A stretch of DNA of 64,000 nucleotides from Rhynchobatus australiae (lineage: Eukaryota), in the NCBI GenBank assembly GCA_034780895.1, contig JAUZTB010000076.1, forward strand, positions 39,724,514 through 39,788,513, given 5' to 3'. Below are positions 12,071 through 23,840 of this stretch, one piece after another; the stretch's first letter is position 1; each line of letters opens with the position of its first letter. The translations under genes and the position numbers were made by a program. The notes beneath the pieces were generated by a model that saw nothing but the letters and a program-made list of their open reading frames with translations, was not told the origin of the DNA and did no database searches.

Positions 12071-15000
12071 TACTTGGAGTCCACTCTTTCATTCATTTAT
12101 AGTAAACAGAAGTCCCCAAAGTCCAAATGCAACATTAAATTAATTTTAATTTTGGGGTCTGCACCATTTCCTGTGCAGGTTTTAAGCAACAAACAATTTA
12201 ATCCAAAGTCTTAGTAATCCTTTAGTTACCTCTTACAGTTAAAATGCCCCCATTTGCCTTCTGAATATCTTTCATTACCTCTAGAATTACTTCTCATGGA
12301 TATTCATTTCAAGATTAGTCTACATAATATGTGCTTCAAAACTCTAACACTACTAATTATCAGGTGGTGATTTTTTTTTGGTGACAATTTAATGTCTCCA
12401 ACCAACCAGAATTAGATACTGTATTCACAAAAAAGTCTGACCCAAATATTGTAAAGATTAATATAACATTCATGATGATTTACCATGCTATTAGCTTTGT
12501 TTCTGTGTATTGTTTGGATATGCTTAGGTTGTGAATGCACCTGAACTTTCACCAACTTAGTACTGGCAAAATCAAAGCCATTCTGCTGGTTCCCACAAGT
12601 ACAACTACATTAGCGCAACTACATTCCCCACATTTGCTCACGCTGGTAGATGTTGCCTGACATTATACCATCAAGGTTATGTACATCCATGTCTACATCA
12701 TCACTTGCCTCCAAACTTAGAAAACCTGACCAGAGCCAAAACACCCAATTCATTCTACACCAACAGCAAAATGACATCGAAGAAAATGGCACTGTGGTAG
12801 AACATAAGCCATGAAATTAGGCACATAGGGCCACATGCCAACTCTTACTCCTATTTCTTATATCCTTGTCTCAGCCCTTCCATGCTTGACTTATAACATC
12901 AGCCTTCCATCACAATTCAGCTTATCTGAAATCCGATCTCAAAGCTCTTCTTATGTTTAAACGTAGACTTTCATAAATCTCACCCAACTTCACCTTTATG
13001 TGCATTTCAATATCATTCTCAGCAATTAGGTTTCCAATGGCACTATTTCACCGACTTCTTCCATCCCTACCTTCTACTCTTCCAAATTCACCTACCCTGA
13101 CAAATACTCTTCATCACACCTTCTGTCTTGCTATTTAATTTCCCACCTGCAAAATCCACTTCAAAACCTATCTTTAAATGACACCTTTACTTTACTCTGC
13201 CTACTTGATTTTTGATGGATTGCTTGCACTGATGTCCTGAAGATTAGTCATTACCTCTAGGAGTCTCCAGGACACGCCTTGTATGATCAACAACCAAGAG
13301 ATGGCAAGTGATTTTCAAGAAAAAGCAAAGAGAGGCTCATTCGGGTATTTCTTTTGGTGCTAAGACCTGGGGGAAAAGAAACTGCACAAAGCTGACTTAC
13401 AACCAAAAAGATGAGACTGAAAACATTTGGAAACCTAAACAAATACTAATGAGGTATTTGAACAGAACTCAGTAAAAGCAGTATCATAAGGTGCAATGGT
13501 ACATATCCAGAGATACCAACAAAATAAAAGGTAATTATTTTCAAACAGCACGTGGGAAGCATCAACCTGAATGGAACATTACTCACCTTCTAATATCATG
13601 CCCTAATCATCTGCGAGATAAAGAGAGATTTCCTGCAAAAGATTTACATCTTATGATACTGAGATTATTCTGCTTGCTGTTTAAATATTCTTAATAATGA
13701 TTAGATTGTAAACTATTCAGATGGTGCAGAGTAACCTCAACCAGTTGTTACTTCTGGATTATCAATGCCCATTTGATTAACTCATGGATGATAAACTCAC
13801 CATTCAGATGAAGAGGATTAGAGGATGTTACTTGTCAAGTAGGACTCCAAAACATAATTGAGATAGAACTAGATAACATTAATTTCTGCTTCAACTGAGA
13901 CTAGCAGCTTCTGATAGTAGTAAATTTACCCCAAAAAGAGATGATGGGCAGGTTGATTGATTCTCTAAATCTCCTCCCACTGGAACACTGGGGCATCACT
14001 TGTACCTTGTTAGCCTTTTTGACACTGCACTTTTTGTTCCAAGAAAGCTGCTTCAGCACAATCACCTTCATCAAAGGTACCAAATCAGCAACTACGAACA
14101 TGACATGAATTATCAGTTTCCTGCTTCCAGCTAGAAGAGTATCATAAACAAAGTCACCATATTCAAGATCTATATTTGTAAACCAATCATTAAATTTTGA
14201 ATGCTTTAAAAACAGAGGGGAACAACCATCCACATTTGCGAAGTGCTAAGGTCTAAGAGATCTTTGAATTAAGTTGGTCAACTAGATTCAAAGTTGATCC
14301 CATACAACTCAAGATGACTCAAAAAGGAGCAAATCAGTTTTCTCCAGGGTGAAGTTCTATTCTACAGTTAATCACTTTAGCTTCACTAAGTGACACAACT
14401 GCTTTGCAAGAACATTAACATCACAAAATAAAATTATACAGAAACCACCACTAATTTATCTGTCCATACCATCAAGATCAGTTAAAGCGACCATCATCAT
14501 TTTGGGCATCAGTAGACAACTTTTAAAATAATGTAAGAAAATACCCATCAGATTCTGCCTAAGTTAACAAGCTCCTATATCCCAGTATTACAGACCTTTG
14601 CTAAACAACAAATTCTCAAAAGGTGAAATTTATAGATATGTGAATTTGTTCAAGTAAATTATTTTAGTACTTTGGCTCCTTAATTAGGTGTAAAGATTTC
14701 TGGTTGTCAAGTAAGACTTCATTATTATAATCAGGATTTAAAATGATTATCATTATTTGTGTGAGAAACTAAGTGGCTAAGTGTCCCAAATGAATGTTTT
14801 GGGAGTAGCTCATATTGGATCGCAGTGGCTCTTTAGACAAGACTTTAAACAAAGTAATTTGTCTCAGGTATGTGGGCCAGATGTTTCTATTTCTGTCCTC
14901 TTTTACTTAAAATTATTTTCATGGTGTCTGGTGAAGAAAGCAAAGGTTTTACGTACAATTTTGTGATATTAGGTGGTGTCAGNNNNNNNNNNCCTCCCAG

Positions 15001-15642
15001 CCAGATGAAGTGGAAACTAAGATTAATATTTGATTTTGCCATCTTCTAACATTTGCAGTATTCTTTTTAATTTTTACTTAACCTCTGTTTTGTTTGGTAA
15101 GAAACCAGTGCTGATAGATGGACACAGAAACATATAAAGATAGGTACAACTGTGGTGATCTTATTGAATGGTGGAAAATGTTTGAAGGTCTGAATATGAA
15201 CTCTGTCCAGTTCATAAGTTCCTGCTGGATGGTTCAAGGTGACAGTCTGTGCCAAGCTAAGACACAACTTTGAGTCTGAATGAGTTCTCACATTCAAGGT
15301 CCCTGTTGAAATGGGCAGTCTTCATTTAGTATATCCTGCCCTCTGTTCCCAGCTGACATTATGACTGGATAAATGTTATTTATTTTTAAATAATATCCCA
15401 ATTCATTTTTACTCTCCTAGGTTGCAAGTGTGAATATTTGGATTTGGTTCCAAAAGTCCTTGGCTCCCATCTTGGGACTGGTGTGTTTCCTAAGGTCACA
15501 GCTAAGCTCACTTAGAACCTGTTTGTCTGTGATCGTGCATAGTGATTGCTGGTCAACTAATTTACCATTTGCAGGAAGGTTTAATCTTGCCCTGACTTCA
15601 GGACATTTGAACTTCAGAGCATTATCTTTAATCTGTTCTTTT

Positions 15643-15930
15643 TAGAGTCATAGAGGAGTACAACACAGAAACAGGCCGTTCAGCCTAACTCGACAATGTC
15701 AACCAAGATGTCCATCTAAGCTCATCCTATTTGCCCCCATTTGGCCCAAATCCCTCTAAACCTTTTCTATCCGCACAGCTGTCCAAGTAGCTTTTAAATG
15801 TCATCATTGTGCCTGCCTCAACCACTTCCTCTGGAAGCTCGTTCCATACACGCACCACCCTCTGAGTGAAGAAGTTGCCCCTCATGCCCTTTTAAGACCC
15901 CTCTCTCCTTAAATCTTTCCCCTCTCACCT
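15643..15930 (-). mobile_element. CR1 LINE 3' end
   Basis: tagagtcatagaggagtacaacacagaaacaggcc tail, similar to the tail at about 40040. Confidence 0.75.
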
Positions 15931-16135
15931 TTTTGGCAGCAACAGTGTTTCAGTCAGTTTCTGGCACCCATTCTGATGCCCCAGCTGAAGTTGGCTAACC
16001 CAGCTCCAACACTGAACTTGCGTCCGCCAACTTCAAATGTCTCGGTGCCATGCTGGGTCATGCTGCAATCCACTAAGCCACAAAGTAAGATACTGGCTGT
16101 AAAGAATAAGAATCAATAGCTGGTAGCAAGTTTAC

Positions 16136-18200
16136 CTCACCATTCTCTCATTGGTTTCTTCATCGCTGTCCTGTGAATTAGCTGACACAACTCCAAAAGA
16201 GCCCAGGGGCTGTCTTGTGATGGGCGATGCTACCTGCTTTGAAGGAAATGCAACTGGAGAATCCCTGAGCATGGAAGAAAATGGCAGACATGTAGCTGTG
16301 CACGAAACAGAAAGATTCACAACCTCAACCATGTTCCTTTTCTCAAACACCATGCCTGAGCCACCAGTTTCAGATGAAGTTCCACCATCAACTAGAGGCT
16401 CAAGCTCACCATCGTTGTTACCAGCGGGCTGCTTTTCACCCCCAAACTCATCATTTTGCAGGGCAGAAGTGTCACAGTGCTGATCCTTGTTAACTGCAGT
16501 CTCCACCTTCTCTTCACCTCGGCACGGGAGCTCTTCATGACACAACCTGTCGTTCAAAACCACTTCACTGAAAGGAGCTGTGGTTGGTTCCAGAGTTTCT
16601 GTTGACTTAGATGATGCAGCCACTGTATATGTGGATAGCTTGCCACTACTGTCTGGCACAAGTTCTCCATTTGGCAGACTGTCATCAAACGAACCAGACT
16701 GGCCATTTTGGATCTCATCAGAAAGGGGAAGTAGTGAGTATTTAATCTCCTCTGTGGGATTGTTAGGGTCATATGTATTACTACTTCTATCTAATAACTC
16801 ACTGAAATTCACCTTCTTGCACATGAGCTCTTTAATGGCATGGTCTATGCTATCCTTCGGGCTCTTGGCATCAAATCCATCTGCATAATGGTGGCAATCA
16901 TCCATTTCATAGGATAGCCATTGATTTTCACTGGCCTCATTGGATTTTTTTTCAGCAGCCTTTGCGCAACCATCATTCTGCACTGGTTGTTCTAAGCTCT
17001 TTTGTAGGATCTCTTTATCTGCCGGGGAATCAAAAACATCATTGACATCTCTTTGAACTCCACCTGTTTCATCTTTGCCTCCCTCTGCCTTTTCTGAGGG
17101 AAGCCCACTGACCCAGCTTTTTTTATCCACTGTTTGATTCTGTGCTAAAGAGTCAGGAATTTCATCCAACTGATCAGTGCTGCTGATCTGCGGGGCTGAC
17201 ACAGATTTAGTCAATTTGCTGAGCTCTACCTCTTCCTCGTCTTCAAAAGGCAACGAACTGATTGATGTCAAAGAAGCTTGAATGCCGCTTGGCAGACTGG
17301 TGCCACTTTCAGTCTGACCGCCTTCGAGGGAGTTCCTATGCATTGCTTGTGCTCTGACTATCTGTTGCATGAGGTCCCGGTCATTAGATGAATCCAGAGG
17401 TTTGCGCATCTCAGGCCAAGCCACCGAACTGGGCTCACTCTCTATGCCAGAGTCAGATATAATTGAAAGAGACCGCTTCATAACCCCAGAAGTAATGGGA
17501 TAGTCAGCATTCTCAACTTTTCTTTTCACAGATTCTTGCTCGACAGACTCACTGTCTACATGTTCAGAGCTCATTACAGTATGTAACAGTTCCTCCTTTT
17601 CACTAACTTCATAGTCGTTAGATAGAGATGATTCATTTGTATCTGTATTATTTGGAGAACAAACTCCTGACACAATGTCTCCATGATAAAGATCCTTGTT
17701 GCTGGGTTTTACTTCAATATACGTCAAGTCTGCAGCTGACCCAGTTTGTTTGACTAATGCTGCATTTTCAAATTCAGGAACTGTTTCTTGCTGGTCAGAA
17801 CCTATTGAGATTTCATTCAATCTGAGTGATTCAGTTTGATGTTCATAGATTGTTGAGAGTTCCCCTTGACTTTGTCCAACAAATCTGTCCACTTCTAAGC
17901 TCCGAATGCTTTTGATTTCAATCTCACCGAGTTCGTCATATTCTTGGCTGACAAAAGCAGCCAGATCCACAGAGTTGTACATCGTTTCCAAGGAAACAGT
18001 TTCATTCAGAGGTTGCGACCCAGACATACTTGTCATAAGCATTTTGAAGGTTTCAGAGGTTAAGCTACTATTTTGCGCTTGCTGGTACTGTTTCATTCCG
18101 GCTGGTAAGCTTGCAAACTCCGAAATGTGAGTGTCCAATACATGGTTAAGCTTAGTTCCCACCTCCTTGTTGGATGTGCCATTGTCAAATTTGTGGTTTG
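16136..18200 (-). CDS. FAM135B: FAM135B large central exon (isolated; no other FAM135B exon seen in the window)
   Basis: Acceptor ttgtttaccttcacag| at 18200 and donor gtgag|gtaaa at 16136; 2065 bp, phase 1 to phase 2, fully open. Carries blocks I recognise from FAM135B: LTYIEVKPSNK, SGVMKRSLSIISDSGIESEPSSVAW, HRNSLEGGQTESGTSLPSGIQASLTSISSLPFE, KLTKSVSAPQISS, VEVVNLSVSCTATCLPFSS, PITRQPLGSFGVVS, DEETNERM. Confidence 0.9.
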
Positions 18201-20486
18201 CTGTGAAGGTAAACAAATCATGATGAAGCAGAGCAAAAACTAAGTGCAAATGGAATATTCAACAATCTCAAGACAATCCTTAAGTGTATGAGCTCAAAAT
18301 AAACCACAGTGATTTTTCAATTAATGTTCTGAAAGAGCAAACTGCCACGTCCAATGTGCTGAGCCGAAGTAAAAGTCTCTTGCTAATGAGCAAGTGCAAA
18401 ATTGAAGGAAGTTTATTCTGCATCATAGAAGTAATGTTCTTTCCAAATTAGGATGTTAGGATTCAGAAGGAATGAAAGGATACACTTTTTATTGAATATA
18501 GGAACGGCAGATGGAATAAAGCAGAAACAAGATGTATTTCAGGAGGCCTGATTTAGCAGTAGGATGAGGAGAGCCCAACAGAGTTGATTGATCATAGTGT
18601 GCTAAGCTTGCTGGGAGGAAAGATGCCTGAGATTTGCAGGCTTTTATCTTGTTTCGCCTCACCTGACAAGTGTCCGATCCAGATTTTGGATGCAAACAAG
18701 CACATATTAAAGTTTCATGGATTCAGCATGGAACTTTTTCAAGCTGGCGACAGTTTCACCATAACATTTGAAGGGCACAAAGAAAAGCTGTTCCACTCCC
18801 CACAATATTTCCAATGTATGACTAAAAAAAAAGTACTCTCACCGGTTGCTCACCAAAACAAAAAAATAGAATAAAAAGGAAATTACAATATATGTGCAAG
18901 TCTGAAAATAACAAAGAATGAACACCTGCTAAGAACCACTAGTCCTTGAGAAAAAAGAACAAGTGGTCCCTGAAAAAGCTCTGCTTTGAAAACAGTAAAC
19001 TTGCACTCTATCTCCAGTTCCAAGGAAAGGTCATTAACCCAAAACATTAACTGCTTTCTCTTTGCAGAGACACTGTTTCACTAGCTGACTTCATCCAACA
19101 ATTCTGTTTTTGTTTTTAATTAGTCCATGAAGTTGTTCTGCAGGATTCAAGCATACACTTTGCACATCTTTCCACTGAAGAAGCATTTTTATTTAAAACA
19201 AAGTTTAAAAGAGCAGAAAGGAGAATTATGTAATAAGCATTCATATGGTAGTATTTTATTATGTAATCTAAGTGCAGGAGAAAAGAATCCTCTATCACAA
19301 TGTTCAACTGAGGCAGATGGAATAGCTTCACTTTGTGGAAGATTAAAAATATTTAGATCAAATGGGAATACAAGTCCAAAGAGGGAGCAGAGCAGTCAGA
19401 TTAATTTTGGTTTGCTCTATGGTCCAAAAGATGTCTTCGGTGCTGTAATCTTCAACAGACTGTCATTTTCTTTTAAAAACAAATATCCCAGTACCAAGGG
19501 CGCTATTGTGTTCCAGCACCACCAGATGGCTGCAGAGGGCAAATCACATGTGTTTTTAATCTGATCTGAACATCAACTCAATTTTGTTTTGTAAATGTTC
19601 CAGTTATCATTTTAAGTGTGTCTATCAGTCAAACATTAGTTCCTCTATCATACATTTTTCAGACCCTTTATAGTTCTAATAAATGTTCTTTTCCTTAATG
19701 TGTGCTTGGGAATATAATAACTTTTTTGGTATACTTCTTAACACTAAGTTTTATGGATGAGCTAGATCAACCTAACTTCCACTTATTTCACATCTAAAAC
19801 AGCAAAAATCCCCAGCTCCTTGCAGGAGTCTTTGCCAAGGTTAATGTCAATGTGCACAAGGTATTATGGCTCGTGACAAAGGATGGGTCACAGATCTCAA
19901 AGCCACAGATGTTAGCTTTAAGGAGCACCTTAAATGAAAGAAAGAGAGATGATAAGATTTGAGAAGGGAATCCCACAGTCTTAGGGCATGGCACCTCAAG
20001 TTCCCAAAGGTGGAATTATTAAATCCCGGGATGAGCAAAAAGTTGGAATCAATGAATTGCAAGTTTCATGGAGAATTATAGGGTTGGAGGATCTTGCAGA
20101 GATAGGAAGGAGGGAAAATCATAATCAAATTTGTAGTTACTTTACTGGTATGGGCCAGAAATTGCTTTTCCACACAGAAACTGCTTCATCTAAAGAAGAA
20201 CCATTTTTCACAGAGAGAATCTGGAAAAAATAGTTGCATATAATACAGCCTTTTTTTAGAAAAAGTGTGGTGCTTTCAGACAAATTAAAAAAAGAGGTTG
20301 AGACATATGATAGTAATGATACAATGAACCATGATTCCAGTGCCTCTTATATTGTGAATAACCACTTTGTTACCCTGCCTTGGGAAAAGTCTCAGCAAAA
20401 GCTCTGACTCTTTCAGATGGCTATAAACAAAGATATTCCAAATATCTGTCATGGGCAGTTGCCCCGCAAGGAAAGGTGTGTACTTA

Positions 20487-20880
20487 CCGGAGTTTAGGAA
20501 ATCGAGAAATGATTTGATTGAAACATTTAAGGTTCAGAATGGCGTTGACAGGATGGAGAGGATCTTTCCTCCTGTGGGAGAGCTTACAGGTTAAGTGGGT
20601 CACTGTTTAAAAATAAAGGGTCGTTCATTTAAGACAGAGATAAGGCAACATAGTTTTTCCTGCAGAGGGTCAAAAGTCTTTGGAACTCTTCTTCACAGTA
20701 TAGTGGAGGCAGAGTCTTTGAACACTCTTAAGACGGAGGTAGGTAAGAACCTAATAAGAAAGGGGATGATAGGTTAACATAGGTGGAAGAGAATATAGAG
20801 TTGAGGTTACAATTAGATCAGTCATGATATCAAAGGGAGTATTAGGCTTGGCCTGCTCCTAATTCATATGTTCATGCATA
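20487..20880 (+). mobile_element. CR1 LINE 3' end
   Basis: GHCLKIKGRSFKTEIRQHSFS C-terminal ORF2 peptide followed by a cctgctcctaattcatatgt tail. Confidence 0.75.
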
Positions 20881-20924
20881 GAAAGAGACTGGAAAGTAGG
20901 CTGATGTCGTGGTTCTGAGTTCTG

Positions 20925-21088
20925 GCCCTGTCTGGTATCTATTGGATGTATGCTGCTGGGGTAGAGGCCTGTAGTACTTGGTCAAATGGGAGGGATCCAG
21001 TCCAGAGGAATGTTCCTGGGTTCCCTGCTCCTTCATTTTGGACCCCTCCCTAATTCGGGACTTCCATCTGAACCATCCAGACAAGCCT
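20925..21088 (+). mobile_element. Ty3/Gypsy (chromovirus, sushi-like) integrase chromodomain fragment
   Basis: [49 protein letters not shown], with an in-frame stop; cut by the gap. Confidence 0.8.
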
Positions 21089-22045
21089 NNNNNNNNNNNN
21101 NNNNNNNNNNNNNNNNNNNNNNNNNNNNNNNNNNNNNNNNNNNNNNNNNNNNNNNNNNNNNNNNNNNNNNNNNNNNNNNNNNNNNNNNATGGACCCAGCA
21201 GAAACTTTCAAAGCACCAGAAAAAAAATCTCACTGAGAGATTGAAAATACTTCTGCATTTTCAGTGATATATAATATATTGTCTTAAACAAAAATGAACA
21301 TTTTTTGCTTTGGTTGGTGGAGACAGTATGTACTGCATAGTGTAAATATAAAGACGCAACTACATCAAATATACAAGTTAGTGCAGTCAGAGAGCAAGTG
21401 GTTCATTCATGGTCAAAGCTGATTTTCATGTACATTTTAAAACACTGCACATTTGTGAAATAATTAATTTTGTTTTAAAAGTAGTGCAATTCAATAACTA
21501 AATGAAAACGTACCTGATGTGAAATGATTCAAGGGGGGAAAATAAATTGGGGTGGGGGTAGGCTTGAGGGAAAGGAGGGATTCACATTTATCCTTTTCAG
21601 CTCATTTCCCTCCCCCAAACAAAAACATTAATACATTGTACAGTGAAACATTCAATTATGATTATGAACCGCTCCAAATTCAATGAAATGCACAAGGTCC
21701 AGTTGAGATATGTTAAAGCTGGTTCCACCCTGCAATAACCTTAAAACTGAAGCCAGATTGTACAGCTAGATTCAAACAATTATGCCTGGATAGTTTGCAT
21801 TAAGCATGAACCATAAAGCATGCTAGTCTATCTGAATCTGCTTTAGAGATGCAATCCAGAGGAAGTCAAAGTTTTTTTTTAAAATTAGATTTCAACAAAT
21901 AAAATTTAAAGAATCCTCATTAAAACTTAATTTAAGATCTAATTTTTCAAAACAAAAATGAACTGACAAAGGGCAGTTTCACATTTAAAAGAATGTTCCA
22001 GCATTAAGCAAAAGAAAGAGCAGCATAAGTAATGGTGATTGCAAA

Positions 22046-22192
22046 TCAAAATATTCTTTTCTTCTTGTAATAGGAATCGGCATAATGACCACCCAAGCCT
22101 TGCGAATGTTGCCCAACGTAGCTGCCATCAGGACTCACTTCTGGGGAAGGCAGGAGGTAGGTAGATGCACGTTTCTGGCCAGTCACTGGAGA
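22046..22192 (-). CDS. RAVER2: RAVER2 terminal coding exon (C-terminal NLS)
   Basis: Acceptor ttttgttttccttaag|. Reads [48 protein letters not shown], the typical Raver C-terminus. Assigned to RAVER2 by convergent synteny with JAK1 and by the upstream exons. Confidence 0.9.
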   Translation of the reverse strand, partial: SPVTGQKRASTYLLPSPEVSPDGSYVGQHSQGLGGHYADSYYKKKRIF

Positions 22193-23667
22193 CTTAAGGA
22201 AAACAAAAGCTCAATGTCAAATTCAGGCNNNNNNNNNNNNNNNNNNNNNNNNNNNNNNTACATTTTTTTTCATGAAAATCCAGAACATCAGATAGTTACT
22301 CCAACAAATGAACCATACGTAACAAAGTTTCAGATTTAACCTTTGATCACTTAACTCAGTAACACCAATGATGGTGTCAGTTCTGGAGAAAGACGAAAGA
22401 AAGGATGTTAATGGCGAAGAAGAGCAAACAACCTGTTTCTATTCTTGATCATTATCCAATCATTCTAATGAAATGGGCATCTCAGAACTTATTAAAATTA
22501 TCTGAAATCACATCATATTGGCAAAATTGGAGAGGTCCAACTATATTCCTAAACTCAAAGCACCAGAAGTTTGTGTTTTGTAGATATCCCTTGTTCCTCA
22601 GGACTCCTTCAAATTATAAGGGCAACCCACCTACAAAGATCTTCACTGGAAAACTGGGTCATCCTAGAGAGATTGCATTGCAGTCTTCCACTAATCAGAG
22701 CAATGACTGCAAGATTTCTGCACTACCTTATTGGACTCATGCAGATTTCCAAACTCTCAGGTTGGGAATTCCACCTACTGAAGCTGTATCAGTTCAATCT
22801 GGTAGAAGTATAGGGAGCTCATTAAAATGGGAGCAATCAGCTAATGGGGGAAAGGTAATGCTTTTTACTTGATTGAATGAAGTTGAATATTTAAAATGTT
22901 TTAAATAACTACATAATGTTTGTGGGGGTGCATGCAGTGTTTGTGTGTTCTTTTAACTTCTGCAAATATCAACATTTTTAATTGTTTAATTTCCTTTATA
23001 GTCCACTGTATGGTCCAGAGCACAGACAACAGGTGAACTCAAGGCGGAAGTTGTGCACCATAGATTTCACTGCACTTCACCTCCCAGTCATTTTATACAT
23101 GAACATGCAATGTTTAATCTGAACTTTGATTCTAAATTAACCAGGCTTACTTAACAGTAAACAGGGCATATTTGTGCACAGTTATAAAAACATCTACAGT
23201 CACTACAACAAGAGTATTTAATAGCTCTACTGTTATAGTCACTGTAGATTTAGATAAGCCATTTACAATTGTACTCTGGGTCTTTATTTTAAGAATTAAA
23301 TTTTTAGCCATTCTCTCAACCTNNNNNNNNNNTGATCTATACACAGAGTGATCAATTTCCAAGAGCCTTTTAATCTCCCTTCATTGTTGGTAACTACCCT
23401 TGTGCAGATATCTCAACTTATAGCAGAAGTGCTCAGATATCACCGTGGCAACACAGCACTTTGGTTCTCCCAAATGCAAACAACACAGCTTCAGCTAGTT
23501 TCTTCTAAACTGCCAGCTACTTTGCTTCTTGTTACACTAAGATTTTCAACCATTAACATTCCTCCCTACCCACCGATTCCCTCATTATTAATTACTTGCA
23601 TCCTACCTAGAATGTAGTATGAATTCTGGACAGACAATATTAAGCAACACTTCTAGTTCTCGGTGTC

Positions 23668-23840
23668 AGTGTGGTGACAAAGCAGATAATGCTTCTGCCT
23701 CATGGCTCAGGGGATCTGGGTTTCATCCTGACCCCAGGTTCTACTTGCATAGAGTTCACACTCTCTCTTCATGACCATGTGGTTTCTGCCAGTAGCTAGT
23801 TTCCTCCCACCTCCCAAGGATGTGCTTGTAGCTAACTGTA
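23668..23840 (+). mobile_element. V-SINE/HE1-like SINE
   Basis: tRNA-like head (ctgcctcatggctcaggggatctgggtttcatcctgacc) followed by the V-domain (gagttcacactctctcttcatgaccatgtggtttc...tttcctcccacctcccaag). Confidence 0.7.

Noticed and set aside
12665-12720. Minus-strand VHNLDG resembling the FAM135 VHGLDG exon
   Set aside because: Flanking residues do not match, there is no proper exon structure, and the context looks like decayed LINE.
16151-18130. Antisense ORFs overlapping the FAM135B exon
   Set aside because: Shadow frames of a real coding exon, with no independent support.
16132-18249. The 705-aa ORF as a standalone single-exon gene, a retrocopy, or FAM135A
   Set aside because: Its first residues are a polypyrimidine tract and the frame stops right after a GT donor, so it is an internal exon with intronic flanks. 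The conserved blocks are those I recall from FAM135B.
19127-19564. 145-aa ORF (and the 155-aa ORF at 22405-22872)
   Set aside because: No recognisable domain or splice structure; consistent with chance ORFs in intronic DNA.
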